Positions 15,995-25,716 of a stretch of 53,847 nucleotides of DNA are shown in pieces. Source of the stretch: an uncultured Methanosarcinales archaeon. GTDB lineage: Archaea > Nanobdellota > Nanobdellia > Woesearchaeales > ARS49. Numbering within the stretch: the stretch's first letter is position 1; every line of letters starts with the position of its first letter. The stretch lies in assembly GCA_964641265.1 (NCBI GenBank), contig CAZXKS010000001.1, positions 12,793 through 66,639 of the forward strand, given 5' to 3'. The translations under genes and the position numbers were made by a program. Under the pieces are notes generated by a model. The model searched no databases, was not told the origin of the DNA, and worked only from the letters and a program-made list of their open reading frames with translations.

Positions 15995-17764
15995 ATGAAG
16001 TATTCGGTTTTGGTGGGAGTGTACGAGCGTCTTGAGGCTACCACAAAGCGCTTGGAAAAGACGTTCATATTATCTGAGTTTTTGAAGTCTGCAGATGATT
16101 TGGACAAAGTTGTTTTGCTCGTTCAGGGTAGATTGTTTCCTAATTGGGATCAGCGCGAGCTTGGTATGGCTTCGAAGTTGTTGGTTAAGGCTATTTCTTT
16201 GGCAACAGGGGCTGATTTGGAAAAGATCGAGGCTCTTTGGAAGCAAACAGGAGACATTGGAACTGTCGCATCTGAGTTGACAAAGAAAAAGTCTCAGGCC
16301 ACGTTATTCTCTCAGCCATTAACGGTTCAAAAGGTTTTTGATAATTTGCAGAAGATCTCTGAGATGGAAGGTGCTGGTACTGTTGACAGGAAGGTCCAGC
16401 TGGTTTCTGAGTTGTTGACCAGCGCAACTCCTTCTGAGGCAAAATACATCATTCGTACAATTTTGGGTGAATTGCGTGTTGGTTTGGGTGAAGGAACCGT
16501 AAGAGACTCAATTGTCTGGGCTTTTTTTGCAGACAAGGCAGGTGTAAAGTATGAGCAAAGTACAAACGAGCTTGTGCTGTCCGATGACGAAAGAAAGAAT
16601 TATGAAATTTATACTACTTTGGTGCAGGAAGCTTTTGATGTTGTAAATGATTTTGCTGAAGTTGCCAGGCTTGCTAAAGAAAAAGGTGAATCTGGTTTGC
16701 AGCATGTTTCATTGTTGCCTGGCAAGCCAACTAAAGTTATGTTGTTTCAGAAGGCAAAGGATATTGTTGATGCATTTTCTGTTGTTGGAAAGCCGGCTGC
16801 TTGTGAGTTCAAGTATGATGGTTTTCGTTTGCAGGTGCATAAGTTTACGGGAAAAATCAGATTGTTTACGCGCCGCTTGGAGGATGTGACTGCGCAATTT
16901 CCGGATGTTGTTCAGCACATTTCAAAAAACGTGAAAAGTGATGATTGTATTTTTGATGCCGAAGTTGTTGGTGTTGATCCTCAAACGAAAAAATACCTTC
17001 CATTCCAGAGTATCAGCCAGAGGATTAAGAGAAAATATGATATTGAGGAGATGGCTAAGAAGTTTCCTGTTGAGGTAAATGTTTTTGATATTTTGTTCTG
17101 CGATGGGAAAAGTTTGCTTAAAGTGCCTTTTGTTGAGCGTCGAAAATTGTTGGAAAAGATTGTTGCCAGATCTTCTGGTATTAAGCTTGCCGAGCAGTTG
17201 ATTACGGACGATGACGCTGTTGCTGAAAAATTTTACAAGTCTTCTCTTGCTGCCGGCAATGAGGGTATTATGATGAAGAATTTGCAGGGTATTTACAAGC
17301 CTGGCTCTCGTGTTGGTTTTGGAGTTAAAGTAAAGCCCACCATGGATACTTTGGAGGTTGTGATTGTTGGGGCCGAGTGGGGTGAGGGTAAGAGAGGGAA
17401 GTGGTTGTCTTCTTTTGTCATTGCTGTTCGTGACCCAGAGACTAATAATTTTGTTGAAATTGGTCGTGTTGGCACTGGTATAAAAGAAAAAGTTGAAGAA
17501 GGTGTGAGTTTTGAGCAGTTAACGCAATTATTGCAGCCTTTGATTATTGAGGAAAAGGGTCGTGAAGTTCGTGTGCGTCCCGAGATAATCATTGAGGTTG
17601 ATTATGAGGAAATTCAGACTTCACCAACTTATTCTTCAGGGTATGCTTTGCGTTTTCCTAGGCTTTTTAGGCTGAGAGTTGAGCGTTCTGTTGATGATAT
17701 CAATACTGTTGAAGATGTTAGGCAATTAGCTGAAGCCCAGCGTGGCAGGTCTACAAAAGTTTAA
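15995..17764 (+). CDS. lig: ATP-dependent DNA ligase
   Basis: 589 aa with adenylation motif I EFKYDGFR and downstream motifs EGIMMK and KVKP. Archaeal/eukaryotic Lig1-like length and layout. Confidence 0.9.
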   Translation: MKYSVLVGVYERLEATTKRLEKTFILSEFLKSADDLDKVVLLVQGRLFPNWDQRELGMASKLLVKAISLATGADLEKIEALWKQTGDIGTVASELTKKKSQATLFSQPLTVQKVFDNLQKISEMEGAGTVDRKVQLVSELLTSATPSEAKYIIRTILGELRVGLGEGTVRDSIVWAFFADKAGVKYEQSTNELVLSDDERKNYEIYTTLVQEAFDVVNDFAEVARLAKEKGESGLQHVSLLPGKPTKVMLFQKAKDIVDAFSVVGKPAACEFKYDGFRLQVHKFTGKIRLFTRRLEDVTAQFPDVVQHISKNVKSDDCIFDAEVVGVDPQTKKYLPFQSISQRIKRKYDIEEMAKKFPVEVNVFDILFCDGKSLLKVPFVERRKLLEKIVARSSGIKLAEQLITDDDAVAEKFYKSSLAAGNEGIMMKNLQGIYKPGSRVGFGVKVKPTMDTLEVVIVGAEWGEGKRGKWLSSFVIAVRDPETNNFVEIGRVGTGIKEKVEEGVSFEQLTQLLQPLIIEEKGREVRVRPEIIIEVDYEEIQTSPTYSSGYALRFPRLFRLRVERSVDDINTVEDVRQLAEAQRGRSTKV

Positions 17765-17802
17765 ATACGTGCTGAAAGTTAATCTCTTAAAAAGAGGTTG
17801 AT

Positions 17803-18435
17803 ATGGACACACTCGAGTGTATTGCAACTCGCCGCAGTATTCGTAAGTTTCTGGACCTTCCTGTTGAGTTTGAAAAGGTTGGTAATGTTTTAGATGCTGG
17901 CAGGTATTCTCCTAGTGCTGGTAATTTGCAGGATTGGAAGTTTATTCTCATTACCGATGCGAAGATGCGCGAGGAAATTGCCAAGTCTTGTGTTGAGCAG
18001 TTTTGGGTTGCAACTGCACCTGTTATTATCATTGTGTGCACTGAGCCTGAGAAGACTAAGCGTTTCTATGGTCGTTCTGGCGAGAAGTACAGTATTCAAA
18101 ATGGTGCTGCTGTCGTGCAGAACATGTTATTGGCCGCGCACGCCCAGGGTCTTGGCAGTTGTTGGATTGGTGCTTTTGAGGACGAGGCGGTTAAGCGTTT
18201 GTTGACTATTCCTGATGATGTTATTGTTCAGGCGATTGTGCCTCTTGGTTATCCTGATGAGAAAGTTCCTGCGCCTTTGCGTTTTACTCTTGAAAATGTT
18301 ACTTTTATTGAGAGTTGGAACAATCGCATTAAGGATCTTGCTGCTTATATGGAGTGGTATGGCGAGCACGTGCAGAAAGCAATTAAGAGGGGAAAGGAGC
18401 TTGTTAAAGAGTTTGCAAGAAGGCTTCAGCAATAG
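17803..18435 (+). CDS. Nitroreductase family protein
   Basis: 210 aa. RRSIRKF near the N-terminus, SAGNLQ, GLGSCWIG. Confidence 0.8.
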   Translation: MDTLECIATRRSIRKFLDLPVEFEKVGNVLDAGRYSPSAGNLQDWKFILITDAKMREEIAKSCVEQFWVATAPVIIIVCTEPEKTKRFYGRSGEKYSIQNGAAVVQNMLLAAHAQGLGSCWIGAFEDEAVKRLLTIPDDVIVQAIVPLGYPDEKVPAPLRFTLENVTFIESWNNRIKDLAAYMEWYGEHVQKAIKRGKELVKEFARRLQQ

Positions 18436-18819
18436 TTCTGTCTAACTCTAGTGACGAAAAAATCAATTCTTACACCAGAGTAGTGACAATCATTTTTTGT
18501 GCCGTACCTCGTCTATATTTCCATCAGAAGTAAAGGCGTATAACTCCAATATGTATTTCGCCATATGAAAATCTTTATAAACCAAATTAGGATTGAAGAA
18601 AAATTATATACACAAACTTTCTTGGCGGAAAGTTGTGTCGGCGTTCAAATCGTTTGGCGACGTTTGAACATTGGCGTTTGAAACATTGTATTTTTCTTAA
18701 CTACGTGTTGCTCTCGTTGGCACGATCACAACACTTCTAGGAGTAGTTATCACTCCCAGTATTTAATTTTTATCAATTACCAAAGGGGAGTAAATAAACA
18801 AAACGGGGGGACATGAAAA

Positions 18820-19887
18820 ATGGAATTTTTGGTTGAAAACGCACAAAAGAATAGTGAAACTTTTGAGGGCCTTGCTATCGGTCAGGCGAATATTAAGGTT
18901 ATTGGTTGTGGAGGCGCCGGTAATAATATGGTTACCTGGCTGTACAAAAGGGGAATCAAGGGTGCCGAGATTATCGCGGTTAATACTGATCAGCAGCATT
19001 TGAAGTTAAGTGAGGCTGATAAGAAATTCATCATTGGCAAGGAGCTTACTAGAGGCTTGGGCTGTGGTGGTTTTCCTCAGAAAGGCGCCGAGGCTGCACA
19101 AGAATCTATTAACGAGCTAAAAGCTGCGCTCAAGGGCGGAGACATGGTTTTCGTCTGTGCTGGCATGGGTGGAGGTACTGGTACTGGTTCTGCCCCTGTT
19201 GTTGCTCAGCTTTGCAAGGATATGGGCGCAATCGTGATTGGCACTGTCACAATGCCGTTCAAGATTGAGCGCGCTCGTATCGAAAAGGCCGAGTTTGGTC
19301 TTGAGCAGTTGAGAAAGGCGTCTGATACTGTGATTGTTATCGACAATAATCGTCTTGTTCAAATTGCGGGAAATTTGCCAATTCAACAGGCTTTTGCTGT
19401 TGCGAACGAGCTTGTTGTTACGATGATTAAAGGCATTGTTGAGACTATTGCAATTCCCAGCCTTGTTAACTTGGACTTTGCTGATGTTAGAGCTATAATG
19501 ACTAATGGCGGTGTTGCTGCCATTGGCGTTGGTAGCTCTGATACAACTAACAGGGTTGAGGAAGCTGTTAAGGGTGCTTTGGAAAATCCATTGCTTGACA
19601 TCGACTATACTGGAGCTACTGGTGCAATGATTCATGTTTGGGGCGGTCCTGATATGACTTTGGAAGAGATCAACCATGTTGGCGAGTTAGTAACAGAGAC
19701 TCTCGACGAAGATGCCAACGTTATTTGGGGCGCTCGTGTTTCAGACGATATGAAGGGCAAGCTGATGGTTATGACGATTATTACTGGTGTCAAAAGCTCA
19801 GCTATTCTTGGCAAGAGCACGCCTGCCAGGCAGGTGCTTTCCTCTCGCCAGGTTAGTGACGAGCTCGGCATCGAAATTATCCGTTGA
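18820..19887 (+). CDS. ftsZ: Cell division GTPase FtsZ
   Basis: 355 aa. GCGGAGNN and the tubulin signature GMGGGTGTGSAPV. A GGGGGG SD-like tract lies about 10 nt upstream. Confidence 0.95.
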   Translation: MEFLVENAQKNSETFEGLAIGQANIKVIGCGGAGNNMVTWLYKRGIKGAEIIAVNTDQQHLKLSEADKKFIIGKELTRGLGCGGFPQKGAEAAQESINELKAALKGGDMVFVCAGMGGGTGTGSAPVVAQLCKDMGAIVIGTVTMPFKIERARIEKAEFGLEQLRKASDTVIVIDNNRLVQIAGNLPIQQAFAVANELVVTMIKGIVETIAIPSLVNLDFADVRAIMTNGGVAAIGVGSSDTTNRVEEAVKGALENPLLDIDYTGATGAMIHVWGGPDMTLEEINHVGELVTETLDEDANVIWGARVSDDMKGKLMVMTIITGVKSSAILGKSTPARQVLSSRQVSDELGIEIIR

Positions 19888-19964
19888 TTTTCGGGTGTTT
19901 CTCTGCCTTCATTTCATACCACCCCCATGCGCTTCGCGCGCAAACTTGAAGGCAATACCCTTGG

Positions 19965-19998
19965 CCCCTCCCGTTGGAGGGGTTCTTTTTTCTTTTTT
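19965..19998 (+). terminator. Hairpin plus T-tract downstream of ftsZ
   Basis: CCCCTCC-cgtt-GGAGGGG followed by TTCTTTTTTCTTTTTT. Confidence 0.5.
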
Positions 19999-20165
19999 GT
20001 GAGCTTCAGCGAACAAAAAAGTGCTCGGCAACGTGAGTTGTCGACATTTTTAGGTGAGGAGCGTTAGCGAAGTCAACGACATTTTCATTCGCCCCTATAC
20101 TACCCCGAAACATTTATATATGCTATATATAATTAGGTTATTTACGCAAAAACGGGTGAAAGCAA

Positions 20166-23100
20166 GTGTTTAATTGCTCAGGGCGGAAAATTGTTTTGTT
20201 TCTTGTTTTGATTCTCTCGCTTGCAGGTGCTGCTGTTGCCCAACGCGTTCCTCCACCTCAATGTTCTTCTGATGCTGATTGTACTCCGCCTAAAACTTGC
20301 CAGTATTATGAGGGGTATGGTAATATTTGTGGTAATGGTTTCGGCGTTTGTCCTAACCCCGCTCATACCTGTTTTGAACAAGACGGCGCTGGTTGTAGTG
20401 ATGAAACATGCTGCAATAATATTTGTGGTATCGACCCTTTCTGTTGTAATGTTGATTGGGATGGCATTTGTGTGAGCGAGGCAAATAGTTTATGCGGACC
20501 TCCTCCTGAAGAGCCTGACCCTGAAGAATTGTTTGATCTAGAGCAGAAAATTGTTGATATGCAAACAATGCTGAATAAGTTGAATATTGAATTCAGTCTT
20601 ATGAAGAACTTGCTCCAGCAGGCTGTTGATGAGGCAAATGCTGGAAACATTCCTGCTTCTCTTGCTCATTTGCAGAACGCGCTTGATTTTATCGAGTTGA
20701 TTAAGCTGCAAAAGTTTGACTTGGAGAATTTGGTTGATGAGTTTGATAGAGAGCTGGAATCTTTGGATTCAGAAACTCGCTCGCAATTTCAGGCAATAAC
20801 GTCTGAAATACGTCGTGAACTTGAGCTTATTAATGCAATATTGCATAATAATGGTGAAGAACCCCCCATTCAAGGGTGTGGAAACGCCTTGGATGACGTT
20901 GCCGACTATATCAGCTGTACTTTGAATCCGGGTGAGGACTTCTTTATTCGCTTGCAAGACTTGATTCAAAACGGCGCTATTCCTGCCCTTGATGATGTTA
21001 TTGCTGAGAAGGAAAATATTGAGAATGTGAAGGTCGAAGCGTTGTCTGACTTGTTGGACAGTCTTATTGACGAGTTTGGCCCGGCAGTTCCACCGCCTTT
21101 TAATCCTAATTCTCCTGCGCTTGATGAGTTGAAAAAGGAGCTCTTTGACTTAAAGGAAAAAGGGTTGGAATTGCAAAGCATTCTTGCAGAGGCTGATGAG
21201 GAGCTTGTTGATATTAATAAAATCTTGGAAGAAGCTCGTGGGCTGCTTGAAGGAGCATGTGCATCATGTGATTCAGGAGGGACCGAGGAGGATTGTGATG
21301 TTTGTACGAATGATGATCGCCGCAATAGAGCTGCTCGTCTGATTGAGCGCGCTATTGTTATCAAGCATATTATTGCTGGTCCTTTTGAGTGTGAGCTGGC
21401 CAGCGAATGCGGTGTGTGTGAGGGAGAGGGTGCATGCCAGGACGGCGTCAAGATTCAGGACTTTGAGGAATTGAAGGGTGAGGCTGAGGAAGAGCTTGTT
21501 GAGTTGCGAAATAAGATTCAGGATCTCTGTAATGCAGAATTTATTGATGATAGGCGTTGCGACAAGTTCTTGCGTGCCAGTCATTCTATATTTAATAATG
21601 AAGATTCATTCAACCTTTTGAATTTGATCAATGAGGAGATCGATGGCGAAGGTGTTTCTTTCCAGAGCATTCTCGGTGAAGTAGATGGTGAGTTGAATCA
21701 AGCAATAGCAGATGTACAAACTGATGCGGATAATGCGGTTGATGAGATTGGGAATGCTATTGCATTGGTAAACCAAGCAATAATTCTCAAGGAATTCATT
21801 GAAGATATTAAAATTGGCCAAAAGTATTTCTTCTTCCTTAACTTTATTATTAATGATATTGGCACTATGCCTCGTGAGCCTCTTGATCAGATCTGGCTTG
21901 GCGAGGTTAAGGAGGAGTGGTTTAACATTCAGGTCAAGCTTCTCTGGCTTAATGATATGTTGAAGGATTTGAATGGTGAGATTGATATTCTCGAGAAGGA
22001 TATTCTTGACATCCAGAGCGCTTTTGAGTGTGAAGGTGAAGAATGTAGTGAATTAGAAGCCATCCAGGTTTTGCTTAAAAAGCTCGTTAATGCGATTGTT
22101 AAGGACATTATTACTTTGGTCGAGATTAATGAGTTGACTGATTTGATTGATGATATTCGTACGGAAAAGCGATTGGTTGAGGGAAAAATTAATTTGCTTT
22201 GCGGCGAAGAGTTTGATGATCTTAGCGTGACTGTTAATGGTCCGATTCTTGATGATGATCGTTTGTGTGATAAGCTTGAAAGAAAGCTTGCTGGAATGAA
22301 TAAGTTGCTTGACTTTATTGATGAGGAATTGGAAGAGATTACTGGTAAGCTTGGTGATTTGCTTGGTGGCTTGTTTGAATTCCTGTTCGCCATCCTTGGC
22401 CAGATTTTTACAGTCAGTGACGAGCCTATAACAAGTGAGAATTATCTTACTGTGATTGAACAGTTGTACCAGCAGTTGGGCCAGGCAGTTCAGCAGGGCA
22501 CTGTGGTGCAGAGCATTCAGCCTGCTCAGTTTGAGGAGTTTTTCGAGTTTGCGTTGGATAAAATACGTGATGCTCGGGCTGAGAAGGAGACTATTGAATT
22601 GCATAAGTTCCCGTTGTTATTCGAGCGATTTAGAACTATCGAAGATCTTATTGGTGGCTCTGTAAAGCCTGTCAACGAGTTGGACGCTGCTGAAGAGGCT
22701 GAAGAAGTTAGGGATATTCAGACCAAGCTTATTGAGATGAATAATTTGCTTGAATTGCTGAACAAGCAGTCTGATATTTTGATTGATTTTCTCATTGCTG
22801 TATTGAATGGTGAAAACCCTGACGTTCCAGATTTCGCAGGTATATTTAGCTCGATGGAACAAGAGCTTGATGGCCTTGTGAACATAAAGGCAGACTTTGA
22901 GAGTGAAATTAATGCCTTGGAAGGCAGCATCAGCGGACTTTCTGATGATCAAATAAACCCTGCGATTAAAGAGCATATTTTGCGTAATATAAATAAGATA
23001 AAATCGCTGGCGGAACTGACGAATATTGAGTTCTTTATTATGAACATCCTGCTTGACGAAGCTATATCTGCAGCCGAGAACGAGAACGCTGAGGATGCAT

Positions 23101-23720
23101 TCATATTCCTTGTGTTGTTCAAGGCTGAGAAGGAGGCTGTTGAGCAAAAGAAATTGGTTGCTATTGAGGCCGGGCTTTTGGAAATTGAGAATGCCTTGTT
23201 TGGTTGCGATGATGATGACCATGATAAATTGTTTGAGAATCCATTCTGCTTTGGTGGTTGTGGCCTAGACGACCATTGTGGCGATGGCAAGGTTCAGTTT
23301 GCTTTGTTCGAGCAGTGTGATGATGGTAATAATGTAGATAATGATGGTTGTACTAATGCTTGCCAGTTGCCTCGTTGTGGCGATGGTATCTTGCAGAATG
23401 GCGAGAAGTGTGATGATGGCAATAATGTTGATAATGATGCTTGCAGTAGTGAGTGTTTGATTCCTGATCCTGATGGGGACACTATTTGTGATAATACTAA
23501 GGGTATTTTGCCTTGCCAGTATAATCAAGGTTGTGAAACTAATTTGGATTGCGGCATGGGCGGCGCGTGTATGTATGGAACGTGCAAGTGTCCGGGCGTG
23601 AAGTGCGAAGGAGATGTTGATTGTGTTGGCCATATTGATTGCACGGGAATTGGTCAAAGCTGCGCTGTTCCTGGTGCTTGTGAGTTTTGTGATGATGGTG
23701 AGTGTAAATGTTCAGATTAA
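20166..23720 (+). CDS. Giant secreted acidic coiled-coil protein flanked by Cys-rich modules
   Basis: 1184 aa (GTG start, GGGTGAA SD) with a signal peptide. N-terminal Cys-rich module includes CCNNICGIDPFCCNVDWDGIC. About 850 aa are E/D/L/I-rich helical sequence. Near the C-terminus are two CGDG.....E.CDDGN.VDND.C...C repeats (Myxococcus-type cysteine-rich repeat pattern) and a Cys-rich tail. Confidence 0.7.
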   Translation: MFNCSGRKIVLFLVLILSLAGAAVAQRVPPPQCSSDADCTPPKTCQYYEGYGNICGNGFGVCPNPAHTCFEQDGAGCSDETCCNNICGIDPFCCNVDWDGICVSEANSLCGPPPEEPDPEELFDLEQKIVDMQTMLNKLNIEFSLMKNLLQQAVDEANAGNIPASLAHLQNALDFIELIKLQKFDLENLVDEFDRELESLDSETRSQFQAITSEIRRELELINAILHNNGEEPPIQGCGNALDDVADYISCTLNPGEDFFIRLQDLIQNGAIPALDDVIAEKENIENVKVEALSDLLDSLIDEFGPAVPPPFNPNSPALDELKKELFDLKEKGLELQSILAEADEELVDINKILEEARGLLEGACASCDSGGTEEDCDVCTNDDRRNRAARLIERAIVIKHIIAGPFECELASECGVCEGEGACQDGVKIQDFEELKGEAEEELVELRNKIQDLCNAEFIDDRRCDKFLRASHSIFNNEDSFNLLNLINEEIDGEGVSFQSILGEVDGELNQAIADVQTDADNAVDEIGNAIALVNQAIILKEFIEDIKIGQKYFFFLNFIINDIGTMPREPLDQIWLGEVKEEWFNIQVKLLWLNDMLKDLNGEIDILEKDILDIQSAFECEGEECSELEAIQVLLKKLVNAIVKDIITLVEINELTDLIDDIRTEKRLVEGKINLLCGEEFDDLSVTVNGPILDDDRLCDKLERKLAGMNKLLDFIDEELEEITGKLGDLLGGLFEFLFAILGQIFTVSDEPITSENYLTVIEQLYQQLGQAVQQGTVVQSIQPAQFEEFFEFALDKIRDARAEKETIELHKFPLLFERFRTIEDLIGGSVKPVNELDAAEEAEEVRDIQTKLIEMNNLLELLNKQSDILIDFLIAVLNGENPDVPDFAGIFSSMEQELDGLVNIKADFESEINALEGSISGLSDDQINPAIKEHILRNINKIKSLAELTNIEFFIMNILLDEAISAAENENAEDAFIFLVLFKAEKEAVEQKKLVAIEAGLLEIENALFGCDDDDHDKLFENPFCFGGCGLDDHCGDGKVQFALFEQCDDGNNVDNDGCTNACQLPRCGDGILQNGEKCDDGNNVDNDACSSECLIPDPDGDTICDNTKGILPCQYNQGCETNLDCGMGGACMYGTCKCPGVKCEGDVDCVGHIDCTGIGQSCAVPGACEFCDDGECKCSD

Positions 23721-23742
23721 AAACTTGCGAGGTTGATGTAAA

Positions 23743-24921
23743 ATGAAACGAGGAAACACTGGTTTGGTTGTTTTGGTAATGGTTGGCGTGGTGTTGTTCC
23801 TCGGCCTCTTCTTTTTACTTAGCGATAGCTCTCAACCTTCAGGTTATGTTACTCTGCCCACAACTCAGACGCCATGCTCAAGTGATACTGATTGTATGAG
23901 CTTCCCGTATTGCCAATCTGAAGATTCTGATAAACGCTGTTTCAACGGTTTCTGTACTTGTGTTGATCCTTGCCAAAATGGCGCCGAGTGTAGTCCTTTT
24001 GGTGAGGCTTCTCAGCAGTGTGGTTTGCTTAACGGCGATCCTGGTTTTGCTAGCACGTGTGTTTCTACAGATGCGTTTGGCAACAATGGCGCCTGTAGCT
24101 GTACTGGTAGCTGCGAGGACGTAGAAGGAATTCAATGTAGCACAATTGCTGTTTCTCCTTTGACTGCACCTTCTTTCACGCCTTGTGGTGATAAGGCTCA
24201 TTGTATCATTACTGGATTTAGTGATGGCACTGGCTTTGGTGTTTGTGGTTGTGGCGATCAGGCTTGTTTGACTCCTAATGGTAAGACTGATGATTGTTCT
24301 GGTACTGTTGGCTGCGAGCAAGGTCCTTCTTGCGCGAGTAATTCTGATTGTCCTTCTGGCTTCTTCTGTGGCCAGGGCACTTGCTTTAAGGAGTGCAACA
24401 CGAATGCTGATTGTGGCGGTCTTGTTAGTGGAAGCTGCAGTATTGAAGTTAATGGCAATAAGGGGTGCAACTGCTTCTGTAATGCAGGAAATCCTTGCTT
24501 TGTAGATGATAACTGTGGCAATTTTGGTGAAGATGGCAACTTTGGTCAGTGCATTGTTCATCCTGATGGCGCTAAAAAGTGCAGTTGTACTGATACTCAT
24601 GGCTGCTCGCCTCTTGATTGCGAGCCTGGCGTGACTCGTTGCAATTCTGGAGATCCTCTAGGTTGTGGCGGTAATCCTGATGCTTGCCAGTGCAGTAATG
24701 GCAATAATTGTGTTTGCGAGGCGTGTGCAGAGAAATGTGGTGTCTTCGGCGAAGGCGCGAATGAGGAAGGAGAATGCGAGGAATTAGCAGCCCAGACTGG
24801 TGCAGAATGCAATTTCGTGTCGTACGATCAGTCAGGCCACTGTGAATGCGTCTGGCCAGATGATTTGTGCACGACTTGCTTTAATACTAATGGAGGCCAG
24901 GCTTGTGGTGAAAATGAATAA
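23743..24921 (+). CDS. Secreted extremely Cys-rich protein
   Basis: 392 aa with an N-terminal anchor/signal. My hand count gives about 53 Cys, arranged in EGF/knottin-like C.C and C..C spacings. It starts 22 nt after the previous gene. Confidence 0.65.
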   Translation: MKRGNTGLVVLVMVGVVLFLGLFFLLSDSSQPSGYVTLPTTQTPCSSDTDCMSFPYCQSEDSDKRCFNGFCTCVDPCQNGAECSPFGEASQQCGLLNGDPGFASTCVSTDAFGNNGACSCTGSCEDVEGIQCSTIAVSPLTAPSFTPCGDKAHCIITGFSDGTGFGVCGCGDQACLTPNGKTDDCSGTVGCEQGPSCASNSDCPSGFFCGQGTCFKECNTNADCGGLVSGSCSIEVNGNKGCNCFCNAGNPCFVDDNCGNFGEDGNFGQCIVHPDGAKKCSCTDTHGCSPLDCEPGVTRCNSGDPLGCGGNPDACQCSNGNNCVCEACAEKCGVFGEGANEEGECEELAAQTGAECNFVSYDQSGHCECVWPDDLCTTCFNTNGGQACGENE

Positions 24922-25684
24922 GTTTTATCTTGCTAGCATTGTGTTTTTGGCTAGCTTGATTGCCGTCTCTGCTGGCGAGTTTCCTGACGAGGACAAGGAC
25001 GGTATTTGTGAAACTCCGTTCTGTGACAGGCTTGACTTGTGTCCTAAGACTGCTTGTGAGCTTTTGGACATTCCTGTTGAGAATTGTCAGAACCCTGATA
25101 ATACTGATACTGACGGTGATGGCGCTGCAGATGTTTGTGATGAGTGCCCTACTGATCCTACGCGTGTTCAGGAGCCTTGCCCTCCGCCTAGAAGAGGCCC
25201 GGGCGGCGGTAGTGGTGGTGCTGGTGTAGAAACCGGTTGCCGTTCATTTACTGACTTTAGTCCGCAATTCCACCAGCGTGTTGGCTGGCTTTGCACTCAT
25301 GATAAGGAGTGTGTGACTCTTGCTTCGAAGTTTGGCAGGTCTGATCCTGAGAATTATGCTTGTGTGATTGTTGGTAGACAGCAGGGTGCTGGTGCTGTTA
25401 TGAATAATTGTGAGTGCTCGTATAGAAAGCCTCCGTCTTCAGCTCCTCAGTCCTCAATACCTACTGAGATTGTTCAGATGGAGCTTAGAGGCCAGACTCC
25501 GCCTCAGGCACCTCCTCAGCAGTTTGCTCCGAGTGCGCCTGTGCAGAGTCCGTATGTTGGTCGTGCTTTTGAGCAGCCTTCACCTGGCAGTCCTGGTTGG
25601 TTGCCTTTTGCGTTGGCTGGTATTCTTGTTGTCGGCGGCGTGGCTTTGTACTTGGTATTGCGTAGTCGCATACGCCCCCAATAA
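24914..25684 (+). CDS. Secreted Cys-rich protein with a thrombospondin type-3-like Ca repeat and a C-terminal TM anchor
   Basis: In-frame ATG at 24914 (MNKFYLASIVFLASLIAVSAG signal) overlaps the upstream stop by 8 nt. NPDNTDTDGDGAADVCDECPTDP motif, a Gly-rich linker, and C-terminal PGWLPFALAGILVVGGVALYLVLRSRIRPQ (sorting-signal-like). Confidence 0.6.
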   Translation: MNKFYLASIVFLASLIAVSAGEFPDEDKDGICETPFCDRLDLCPKTACELLDIPVENCQNPDNTDTDGDGAADVCDECPTDPTRVQEPCPPPRRGPGGGSGGAGVETGCRSFTDFSPQFHQRVGWLCTHDKECVTLASKFGRSDPENYACVIVGRQQGAGAVMNNCECSYRKPPSSAPQSSIPTEIVQMELRGQTPPQAPPQQFAPSAPVQSPYVGRAFEQPSPGSPGWLPFALAGILVVGGVALYLVLRSRIRPQ

Positions 25685-25716
25685 ATTATTAAACAATTTC
25701 TTTTTATTTTGGTTTT

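Noticed and set aside
18436-18819. A replication origin in the long repeat-containing region upstream of ftsZ.
   Set aside because: No orc1/cdc6 gene is adjacent and there is no ORB-like dyad with a G-string. The strand compositional skew does not change sign here or anywhere in the window.
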